From positions 37,758,001 to 37,822,000 of the forward strand of contig OZ360226.1 of assembly GCA_977017645.1 (NCBI GenBank): a DNA stretch of 64,000 bases, in the 5' to 3' direction. Below, piece by piece: positions 34,538-45,214 of this stretch. The stretch is from Torpedo marmorata. Its lineage: Eukaryota. The position numbers and the translations under genes were made by a program. The notes below the pieces were generated by a model. That model saw nothing but the letters and a program-made list of their open reading frames with translations. It ran no database searches and was not told where the DNA came from. Each line of letters begins with the position of its first letter. Position 1 is the stretch's first letter.

Positions 34538-35192
34538 CAGAAGTTCTTTAGCCAATAAAATTGATAGGCCTATCAATAACAACTCAAAGACTGTGAGAGC
34601 GAGTGAATCATAGGCTTTTATTGGCTAAGAATGGAGCTGAGCTTCCTCCTCGATCAGGTCCGGACTGAAGGGGGGTGGCCGAGATACAGTGGCCTTTATT
34701 CAGGTGAGGAAAGGGGAGGGATTACCTGGACACCCAAGGGAGGGGAGGGAGTAGCCATCAGTCCGGCCCGCAGTACCTATACGTACCACCAATACAAGCA
34801 CAGTGGTTTACCACACCTGTGTTGGGGGAGGCCTGGAGGTAATGATCGCCAACCAACTTCGCCCCACACCAGAAACAGCCACACATCCAGTGACCGTCAG
34901 TGGGTTGGGTGTCTCAAGGGCGGGTCTTAACCCTTGTTTAGTTCATCGGAATGCCGTGCCTGTGGGTTGTGGGTACTGTTGGTTTAACCCTTGTTTCACA
35001 ATTGGGAGTTGAGATTGTTTAGCAGTGATTTACTTGCACCTGATGTGTAGTTATTTGTGTATTATTGCTGTGCATTTGAGTGAGTGCCCTGTTGTGAATT
35101 CTCCTGTGCATAAATAAAGACTGTAGTTGAATACTAACACGTGTCCAGCCTTGATTCTCTTTGAACCCATTGAACCTATTCTGTTCATAACA

Positions 35193-35560
35193 GATGGATC
35201 CTTTAATATGTTGGGAGCTTTGTCAAGACAGCAAGAGGTATAGACAGGGTCAATGGAGGGGAGAGGCGCTTGAAGTGCATTCACAACTCTGAAGTTTTTT
35301 GCGGTCTGAAGCAAAATAGTTCTCCTGACCAAACAATGATGCATTTGGACAGGATATTTTTGATGGTGCATCTGTAAAAATTGATCAGAGATTACAGGAC
35401 ATGCTAAATTTCCTAAAGCTTCTGAATAAGTAGTCGGTGGTGGGCATTTTTAGTTGTCGCATCGATGTAGTTGGACCAAGGCAGGTTGTTGGTGATATTT
35501 CCTCCTTAGAATTTGAAGCCCTCAACCATCTCTACCTCAGCACCATTGATATATGCAGGG
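35193..35560 (-). repeat. Old LINE fragment (continuation of 20760-20867)
   Basis: Degenerate Rex1-like C-terminal coding (LDKAPNILKDP). Confidence 0.55.
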
Positions 35561-35759
35561 ATGTGTGCACCCCTGAAGGAGGTAGTTCACTGTCAGCACC
35601 TGCATTAATAAGAATGGGCACAAATGTTGGCTTTCCCATTGACAGCTAAATCCCAAAAAATGAAATAAAAATAAATGAAATCTCAATAAAATGTCTACAT
35701 TTCAGATTGGCGTAGCAATTTCTTCTAAGCCCTCCTTCGTCAAACTCTCTTTTCTCATG

Positions 35760-36487
35760 CACCTGTCATCATTAATGGAACAACAGTGGAGAGGGTTAAT
35801 ACCTTCAAGAAGCTGAAGTTCACATATCAGTGGATCTCTCCTGGAAACAGCATATTGAAGCAAACAGGGAGGCACACCAATACCTCTACTTTCTAAAATG
35901 TCTAAGGAGATTTTGCATGTCATCAATACTCTATCGAACATCTACAGATGTAATGTGAAAAGTATATTGACTGATTGCATCACAGCCTGGTTTGGAACTC
36001 AAGTCCCCAGGAATGCAAAAGGCTGCATAAAGTGGCATCACAGGCTCTGAACTCCCATCCATTGAAAACCTCTATGTAAGGTGTGCTTCAAGAAGGTAAC
36101 CAACATCATAAAGGATCTCCATCATCCTGGCTGAAATCTCTGTTCACTGCTACTTTCAGGGAAAAGGTACAAAAGCCTGAAGTCCAGGATCTCTAGGTTC
36201 AAGAACATTTTTTTCAATAACTATCAAAGGCTCTTAAATCTTCCCATACTACCCTGACCAGTAACTACCAAAAGATCTGCTTTCACTTTTGAAACATCAC
36301 ATGTTTTTCTTGCACTAACTGCAACTGTGGGTATTAATTTATCTACACTTTACAGCATATTGCGGTAATTTATTCTGTTGTAGTTAATATATCTTATGTA
36401 CCTGTTTAGGCTTCAGCAGGTAAGAATTTCAGTGCATCTATAGATATCTCCCTTATGTAATGACAATAACCTCTCATCATCATCATC
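35760..36487 (+). repeat. Old Rex1/Babar-type LINE 3' fragment
   Basis: Degenerate similarity to 57750-58200; (cat)n tail. Confidence 0.7.
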
Positions 36488-36494
36488 ACCCTCT

Positions 36495-36780
36495 CTCTTC
36501 TAACAGAAATACATGAGTTTAAGACCACAAACCTCCAGATTCATGAAGTATATTTTTTACCGTTATCAGACTCTTGAACAACCCTCTCATTTGTATAAGA
36601 TGATGCTTGTTCAACTGTACTTTTAATTTAACACTTTTGCTTTACTATAACACTATGTTCCTATTCGTGCACTAACTGCTGTACAATGTAGAGGTGAGCT
36701 TTCCTGGATAGCAAGCAAAGCAAAGATTTTTTTTGGTGTATCTGGGTATACATGACAATAAACAATTCAATCCAATGCAA
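36495..36780 (+). repeat. Old LINE 3' tail
   Basis: Ends catgacaataaacaattcaatccaat. Confidence 0.45.
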
Positions 36781-37287
36781 CGGACCCACTATAGTGCAGT
36801 TATAGACAACTGTAAGCACCCTAGGAAATGTTTGTTACTTTGTAATTAAATTCTAAGAATTCTGGTTGAATCCAGAATTAAACAACTAGCCTGTTATGTC
36901 CACCACTAAGTTGAAACCTGGCCCAAGTTATTCTCCTCCTTTAGTTGGAAATTAGTTTAAATTACCTTAAATTATTCTGCCCTCATCACATAAGATCGCA
37001 TGACAAGCCATCAATTGAAGCCGCACTGGTGTGTTATACTCTGAGCTGTAATCAATTAACTGAGAATATGAATGAAGTGCAGTCAATTGAAGCCAATTAT
37101 GAAGAACAAGAGTATTAAAAACAGTTAATTGCTGCATACTGGCTAAATGTTTAAGCCAATCCTTTGCTGCCTTATATTGCAATGAATTGATTATGGACAC
37201 TGTTTCATGCAACATTTCTCATCCATATTAGTGTTTATGGCCCCTGGGTGTCATGTCAACTTCATTAATAAAACTGGAGCTGTATAA

Positions 37288-38262
37288 AGTCAAGTCACCT
37301 TTATTTGTCGTTCATACCATATACACAGTAAAGACGAGATAGCGTTTCTCCAGGACCATGAGCAAATTTACATAAATAGCATAATACAATAAAAAAAATC
37401 TATGACATGCTAATACACATATATAGCTAAAAATTGATGAGCCTGATGGCTTGGGGGAAAAAACTGTTGCACAATCTGGACGTGTGGGCCCGAATACTAC
37501 GGTGCCTCCTTCCAGATGGCAGAAGGGAGAAAAGTTTACAAGAGGGGTGTGAGAAGTCCTTCACAATGTTATTTGCCTTCCGCATGCATTGTGTGTTGTA
37601 GATATCCATCATGGTAGGAAGAGAGACCCCAATAATTTTCTCCGCTGACCCCACTATCCTCTGCAGAGTCTTACGGTCTGAGATGGTACAGTTTTGAAAC
37701 CAAGCGGTGATGCAATTGCTCAGAATACTCTCAATACATCCTCTGTAGAATGTAGTAAGGATGGAGGGTGGAAGATGAACATTCCTCAGCCTTCGCAGGA
37801 AGTAGAGGTGCTGCTGGGCTTTCTTGGCTATGGAACGGTGTTGAGGGACCAGGTGAGATTCTCCGCCAAGTGCACACCAAGAAATATGGTACTCTTGACG
37901 ACCTCAACGGTAGAGCCGTCCATGGTCAGTGGAGAGTGATTCCCCCGGGCCCTCCTGAAGTCGACAACCAACTCTTTTGTTTTATTAACATTCAGATGCA
38001 GGTTGTTGGCTCTGCACCAGTCCATTAGCGACTGCACCTCATCTCTGTACGCTGACTCATCGTTCTTGCTGATAAGGCCCACGACGGTCGTATCATCAGC
38101 GAACTTGATGATATGGTTCGAGCTGTGTTTTGCTACACAGTCATGAGTCAGCAGAGTGAACAGCAATGGACTAAGCACACAGCCCTGGGGGGTCCCCGTG
38201 CTCAGTATAATGATTTTAGAAGTGCTGTTTCCAAACCGGACTGCCTGAGGTCTCCCCGTCAG
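37288..38262 (-). mobile_element. Rex1/Babar-type LINE, 5'-truncated
   Basis: GTPQGCVLSPLLFTL, KFADDTTVVGLI, KTKELVVDFR, SFFPQAIRL; (gactt)n tail. Confidence 0.88.
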
Positions 38263-38559
38263 GTATAGAAGGCAGATGTATTTTGTGAAAGTTCATTAAG
38301 TTACTTACAACCATTTGGAAGTTTTTTGGTTATCATTGATTATTCACTCCAGATTTACTTAAATTTCCTGGCTGCCATGGGTGAGTTATGATTTTTTTTG
38401 TTGCTTCTTCCGCAATGCTCCAGGTTTTTGAACTTAAGTCCAGTAAGTTAATCTTTTTGCTGCTGTACGCACTCAAATATGGATGTCAGCAACAAAGTGG
38501 AGTGGGGAAGAAAGGTGGTGACTGTTAATTAGCTGGTTCCAAAGGAGTATTCTGGTCAA

Positions 38560-39005
38560 GGATGTGACTATAGTGGAGAGATTGTGGAGCATATTCACCT
38601 TTATGTTTCCTGGCATAAAGAGGTTTGGTTATGTGGAGAGATGTGATAAGTGAGGTTTGTTTTCCTTGGAATGGAGAAATCTGAAAGGAGACTGTATAAA
38701 ATGCTGAGAGACATAAATAGGGTACTTAATGTTTCCCTTTAGCTGATACGTCTGTGATCAGAGAGCATTAGTTTTAGTTCGGGGGTAGGAAAGCTTAGGA
38801 AGAAAGAAAGGTTGTACACTGCCTGAGGTGATGCTGTAGGCATGTTCTCGCAACACTTACAATGTATTTAAAAGAGAATTTGGAAGTCCTGTGGCTTAGA
38901 GAGTTATTGGATTCTGTTGATATATGGGATTATTATAGATAATTGATGGCTCACACAAAAAAGATGGGCCAAAGGGCCTGTATCCGTGCTGTATGCCTTT
39001 ATGCA
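38560..39005 (+). repeat. Old CR1 3' fragment
   Basis: Ends gatgggccaaagggcctgtatccgtgctgtatg, a CR1 tail. Confidence 0.65.
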
Positions 39006-40107
39006 TGCTTATCCACACTTGCATAAAAGCACACCCAAAATATGTTCAATAACTGCATATTCATTTTCAGCTGAATTTTCAGAAATTGTCAGCAAAATGA
39101 TATACAAATCTCATGTAATTGTTGATTGCCACATGAGACAGCAAGAATTTCTTAAAATGCCTCCTAACCAAACTGAGGTTTATGACCAATCACAATATTA
39201 CAAATCTCATTTGTATGAATTAACATTATTAAATCTAAATTATTATTATTAAATATTCCCAATTCTAATACTGCAATTTCAAGTTCAGTTCTATGCATTT
39301 GTTGAATATATATTTGGCATCAGAACATGCAAGGTTGAAGGTAATGTATGTCAATATTTATAAGCTTGAGAGTATAAAAGTGATCATTTATAAAGAATGT
39401 TTCAACTGGATCCTCTGCAGTTCAAAACTAAGGGGGTCACTGATACAATTTTCTAGTGACTGGTCTCCTTCATAATCTGATTCATTCTGTTGTGAAACTT
39501 ACTCCTCAAGGTTCTCTTTACTCAACAGAAAGCAAAGGTTATTCAGGAATAAATGTTGGTTTGATGTTGGGGGTAAGAAATAATTGGCAATCACAAGTTA
39601 TAGATTAACAACTGCTGTAAATATTATAGTGAGTTTACTACATTTAATACAGAAAAAAAACTGATAAGATTTCAGGTAAATGAGTGTCAAGGACAAGGGA
39701 AAAAATTACTTTTGCATTGGAGTGTGAAAGTAATTGTCTGCATTAAATCTATATTGCAACTGTTCCTATTACACTAAGGTACCAATTACTTTGAAGTAAA
39801 ATTAGAAATGATAGCTTTATAGTCAGCTAAGTAATAAAACAATGTAGTTAGAAATTAACATAGTCAAAGTAACTGGAAATAACATCTTGCATTATCCTTG
39901 TATCTGACCTCTCAGTCTCTAGAAAATTGGTTTTACCATCCTTTGAAGTATTCAACACATGCTGCTTATATTGCTGATGTCCAATTCAATCTCATGATAA
40001 AATTCACGAAGTTGGGCAAAAGCCTATTTATTACATGAAGCTCTGTTGTTTTTTAGACATGATCATGTACTAAAATGGGATTGTGGCTGTTCCCATTGTG
40101 AGTTCCA

Positions 40108-40600
40108 TTAACGAGACTGAAGCTGTCTCCAGGGCCCTACATTCACTTTGCAAGTCCTGTCCTGGTTTAACCTATCAAAGTGAAACCCCTTGCACTTGTC
40201 CAATTTAAGTTCATTTATCATTCCTTGACCAATTTGTAGTTCATCTTGATCTTGTTTTAATCTTGTTTCTTCTTCACTATCCACTATACAACCAATTTTG
40301 GTGTCATTCATAAATTTACTAAAACAAATGATAACTACATTGTCATCCAAGTCGTAACTGTAAATGACAAGCAACACCGATCCCTGTGGCACACCACTGA
40401 TCACAGCTTGGTATCTGAATAACAACCTTCCACTACCACCATCTGACTCCTACGATCAAACCAGTTCTGTATCCAATTGGCCAACTAACCCTGGATCCCA
40501 TGTGTTCCGACCTTCTGGAATAGCCTGCCATATGACTCTTTGTCAAAGGCCTTGTTAAAATGTAGAAACATCTACCACCGTGCCCTTGGTCACATCCCTT
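40108..40600 (-). repeat. Old CR1 RT fragment
   Basis: SGVPQGSV...SKFMNDTKIG. Confidence 0.75.
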
Positions 40601-40974
40601 TGATGTTACTGTGTCCCAAGAAGTAACATGCAGAGTGTGCAAATTACATTTTCAAGCTGTTATGGACCATGACTGACCATTTGGACTGCAGATGGTCAGC
40701 AAGAAGGATGACGTCTTTTGAGTACACATTGGGACCAGGTACTGAAAGAGTTAACTTACCCAGGGCTGGCTGTGCTCAGAGAGAGAGAGAGACATAGAGA
40801 GAGAGACAGGCTGTGGAAAGATACTTTGTTGCACTTTTGCAAAAACAGGTACAAACCTCTGCAAAAAGCATTCAAAGGATGGTAAAACCCAATTTCTAGA
40901 TACGGAGAGGTCAGATACAAGTATAGTGCAAGATGTTATTTCCGGTTACTTTGACCATATTAATTTCTAACTAC

Positions 40975-41901
40975 TGTTACAAAATCAAACCAGCAACGAC
41001 AGAAGACGCAATGCAAAAGGGGCAAAATTGAAATCTATATTTATTAAACACAATTAAACATATAATTTCACAACAAGTAACCCCACTATAAACGTCTATA
41101 AACACTATTCTTATCTAAAAGTTGTGTGTGTGTGTGTGTAAAGCCCAGACCATTACAGTCTGTGCCCAACCCTTATGTAAAAATGGAAAAACTTTCCCCA
41201 AAAACCCCAGGTCAGTCATAAAAAACAAGTCAGTCAAAAAAAAAGAATAATACAGTCTACAAAATTCACTCTAAGTTCAGGCTTCAAATTCAGCTCTGTG
41301 TCTGGTAGAAGTACTTCTGAATGAACGTTGGAGAGAGACAATGACTGTTTATGCTTACAAATACTTGTTTTCTTCTCTGATGACATCCCCTTCTTGTATG
41401 TTCATAAGGATTGCGAGTTCAGATCAGTATACCACTGATTTAGGCATGTGCTTGAATCTCACAGCTAGTCTCGCTGATCTCACGCCTGTTCTCCACAGAA
41501 GTTGCTTTTAACTCAGAATTTCTCTGAGACAGGAGGCCATGTGCTATTCTGCCAGTCTTTTCTCTGACTAGGCACAAGCCTGGATTTGGCTGTGTTCTCT
41601 AGCCTTTGCAACTTACAACTGTTTGCTTCTTGCAGAGATCTACACCTGCTTTTTGCAAAAGTGCAACAAATGTATCTTGTTCACAGTCTGTCTCTCTCTC
41701 TCTCTCTGGTCTCTCTCTGTCTGGGTACACCAAAAGTGCAACAATGTATCTTTGTCCACAGCTTGTCTCTCTCTCTATCTGGGTACACCAAGTCCTGGGG
41801 AAGTTAACTCTTTCAGTACCTAGCCCCAGTGTATACTCCAAAAGACTTCATCCTTCCTGCTGTCCGTCCGCAGTCCAAATGGTCAGTCATGGTCCATAAC
41901 A
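40975..41901 (-). mobile_element. Solo LTR, related subfamily, antisense within the 5' LTR
   Basis: tgttac...cataaca; TSD CTAC (40971-40974, 41902-41905); termini are the reverse complement of the host LTR termini. Confidence 0.9.
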
Positions 41902-42644
41902 CTACATTGTTTTATTCAGTTTGGAGTTGCAAAAGGCTGACGCAACAACATCAAAACCAGGCTTGTTCATTCCAGTAGAAAGACTGGGGAAAATAGCACA
42001 TGGCCTCTTGTATCAGCTAAATCCTGAGATAATGCAACTTTCGTGGAGAACAGGCGCGAGATCAGCGAGACAGGGTGTGAGATATTAGTGCACGCCTCAA
42101 TCAAGGGAAAGCCATTGGAAGGAAAGCAGGCCAAGCATTCGTAAGCTTAAACAGTCATTGTCTCTCTCTCCAACGTTCATTAAGAAGTCCTTCGTGCAGC
42201 AAACAGAGCTGAATTTGGACCCTGAACAGAGAGAGTGATTTTTGTGGACTGTATTTTTGGGACTGATTTATTTTTATGACTGACCTGGGGTTTTGAGGAA
42301 AGTTTTCTATTTTTTTAACTTGAGGGTTGTGCACAGACTGTAATGGTCTGGGCTTTACACACATACACACTCTTCAGATAAGAATAGTGTTTATAGACAT
42401 TTGTAGTGGGGTTGATTGTTGTGAAATTATATGTTTAATTGTCGTTAATAAATATAAATTTCAATTTTTCCACTTTGCATTGCGTCTTCTGTCATTGCTG
42501 GTTTGAATTTGTAACAAATAGGGGGCTCGTCCCAGATTGAATCAAGCTCCAGCTTGGTAATTGAAGGAATCCCAGTCTGGTTTAAGACATTTCTTTTGTA
42601 AAGCTAATTAAAAGCTAGTGTGTGTGTAACATAAACCAGCGACA

Positions 42645-44235
42645 ATGGATGTAGAAATTTTTTTGGAATCACTCAATCCTGATACTTTAAAAAAGGCTAA
42701 AAAGGAACAGATAGTGGCTCTAGCAACAGAGTTGGGCATTGCTTCTGTAAAACCATCAATGAAAAAAGCAGAAATTGCGAGAAAAAATGCCAAATACTAT
42801 ATAAAAGGAAAAAGTTTGAGGACAGCATGTTAGAGCAGTTTCCCAAGGGTAAAACTTCTGAGAACACACAGTTGGAATTGAAGAAATTGGAATTGGAACA
42901 AAGGAGATTAGAAATGGAATTGGAACAAAATAGATTAGACTTGGAGGCAGCTAGGGAACAAAAGAGATTAGATTTAGAGAGAGAGGAGAAAATTAGGCAA
43001 TATGAGCTGAAAAATATTAAGTTGGAAAATGAAAGGAGACAAGAAGAGCGCCAAGATCAAATTTGTGGTCCTGTTGAGAGGTATTTGGCCAGTAGAGAAG
43101 TTAGGTTGGTTCCTCCATTTGAGGAGGCAGAAATAGATAAGTACTTCCAACATTTTGAAAAGGTGGCTGTGAAATTAAAATGGCCACAAGACCAATGGTC
43201 TCTTATGTCACAAAGTGTAATAAAAAGGAAAAGCTCAGCAAGCTTATTCTACTCTTACCATGGAGCAAGCTGCTGATTATGAAATGGTGAAAAAGGCTAT
43301 ACTCCAGGCTTATGAGTTAGTTCCAGAGGCTTATAGACAGAAGTTTAGAAACATAAAAAGATCAGCAACCCAATCTTACACATAGTTTGCCTATGAAAAG
43401 ATTGTGCGTTTTGACCGGTGGTGCACATCTAAGGCGGTAAACAATAATTACAATCAATTGAGAGAATTGATAATAATTGAGGAGATAAAAAGGTGTGTTC
43501 CTGAGGATATTAAGGCATACTTAGATGAGAAGGAGATGAAAACTTGGCAAAATTCAGCTAAGTTAGCAGATAAATATGCTTTAACCCACAAGCCTTAGTG
43601 GACGTCAGACAGAATTTTCCAAAAGGGCACTGTGGATGATCCCAAGCAAGTGGAAAGTAAATTTGGAAGTGGTGTTAAGGAAAGAAATGAAAGGAAGTAG
43701 AAAAAGAAAAACACTTCGGGTCCCATTTGCCACTACTGTAGGAAGGCTGGTCCTATGCTAGCAAGCTGTCCAGTGTTGAAAAAAAAGAGAGAAAAGGATG
43801 CAACACCTAATGCTTAAATTCAGAGTGAGAAGAGGCATAACACCCAGGAAGGAGACAAATTTATTGACAAAGTTAGGGATGTATTTAAACCTTTTGTGAC
43901 TGATGGTTTTGTTTCAGTTAAAGCAGGATCATAGCAAGGTCCAGAGAAAATCTTGCGAGACACTGGAGATGCTCAGTCACTTGTGTTAGATAGTGTCTTG
44001 GAATTTTGTGAAGCCACTGACACCAGTGAAATGAATTTAATGAAAGGAATTGGGGGTAATGTTGAGTCCATTTCTTTGCACAAAATAATGTTGAACTCAG
44101 CCTTGGTGGAAGGACATGTTATAATAGGAGTGAGATCAGATTTGCCAGTAGAGAAGTCTCACTGTTGCTCGGCAATGACTTGGCTGAGGGTAAAGTAGTT
44201 CCTACAGTGCAAATGACCACTTAGCCAGTCATTGA
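42645..44235 (+). pseudogene. gag: Gmr1-type gag and protease of element 2
   Basis: VPPFEEAEIDKYFQHFEKVA..KWP, YELVPEAYRQKFR, CHYCRKAG, LRDTGDAQSL; frameshifts and stops. Confidence 0.88.
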
Positions 44236-45094
44236 TATTACAAATTCAAACCAGCAACGACAGAAGACGCAATGCAAAAGGGGTAAAATTGAAATTACTA
44301 CTTATTAAACACAATTAAACATATAATTTCACAACAATTAACCCCACTATAAACATCTATAAACACTATTCTTATCTAAAAGGTGTGTGTGTGTGTGTGT
44401 AAAGCCCAGACCATTACAGTCTGTGCCCAACCCTTGTGTAAAAATCGAAAAACTTTCCCCAAAAAAACCCCAGGTCAGTCATAAAAACAAGTCAGTCAAA
44501 AAAAAGAGAATAATACAGTCCACAAGATTCACTCTCTAAGTTCAGGCTTCAATTCAGCTCTGCGTCTGGTAGAAGTACTTCTGAATGAACGTTGGAGAGA
44601 GACAATGACTGTTTATGCTTACAAATACTTGTTTTCTTCTCTGATGACGTCCCCTTCTGGTATGTTCATAAGGATTGCAAGTTCACATCAGTATACCACT
44701 GATTTAGGCGTATGCTTGAATCTCACAGCTAGTCTCGCTGATCTCACGCCTGTTCTCCACAGAAGTTCTTTTTTCTCAGAATTTCTCTGAGACAGGAGGC
44801 CATGTGCTATCCTGTCAGTCTTTTCTCTGACTATGCACACGCCTGGATTTGGCTGTGTTCTGCACCTGCTTTTTGCAAAAGTGAAACAAATGTATCTTGT
44901 CCACAGTCTGTCTCTCTCTCTCTGGTCTCTCTCTGTCTGGGTACACCAAGAGTGCAACAATGTATCTTGTCTGGGTACACCAAGTAGCTGGGGAAGTTAA
45001 CTCTTTCAGTACCTGGCTCCAGTGTATACTCCAAAAGACTTCATCCTTCCTGCTGACCGTCCGCAGTCCAAATGGTCAGTCATGGTCCATAACA
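44236..45094 (-). mobile_element. Second antisense solo LTR of the same subfamily
   Basis: Highly similar to 40975-41901; TSD TTGA (44232-44235, 45095-45098). Confidence 0.9.
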
Positions 45095-45214
45095 TTGATA
45101 AGTCAGAAAAGGACTCTGATATTTATCCGGCATGTGCCATAACGAGGGCCATGTCTAAGAAAAATGTCACTGTAGAGAAGGCAGTGGAAAATAAATTGGT
45201 GAAAGAAAAATTCA

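Larger units (their letters stand above)
30107..34815 (-). mobile_element. Intact Ty3/gypsy LTR retrotransposon, Mag-like lineage
   Basis: 254-bp LTRs 30107-30360 and 34562-34815, identical by eye, TG...CA; TSD CCTGT (30102-30106, 34816-34820); PPT ggaggggtgaa; single intact ORF. Confidence 0.96.
20868..35192 (+). mobile_element. Class III (ERV-S/ERV-L-like) endogenous retrovirus remnant, heavily deleted, with nested L1s and gypsy
   Basis: TG at 20868, CA at 35192; 5-bp TSD GATGG (20863-20867, 35193-35197); 5' LTR 20868-21147 + 28788-29372; partial 3' LTR ~34929-35192; tRNA-Ser PBS; protease remnant HWGNGNTQRWLTLVDTG. Confidence 0.78.

Noticed and set aside
30348-34613. Many + strand ORFs antisense to the gypsy polyprotein
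   Set aside because: Expected shadow ORFs of a GC-rich coding strand
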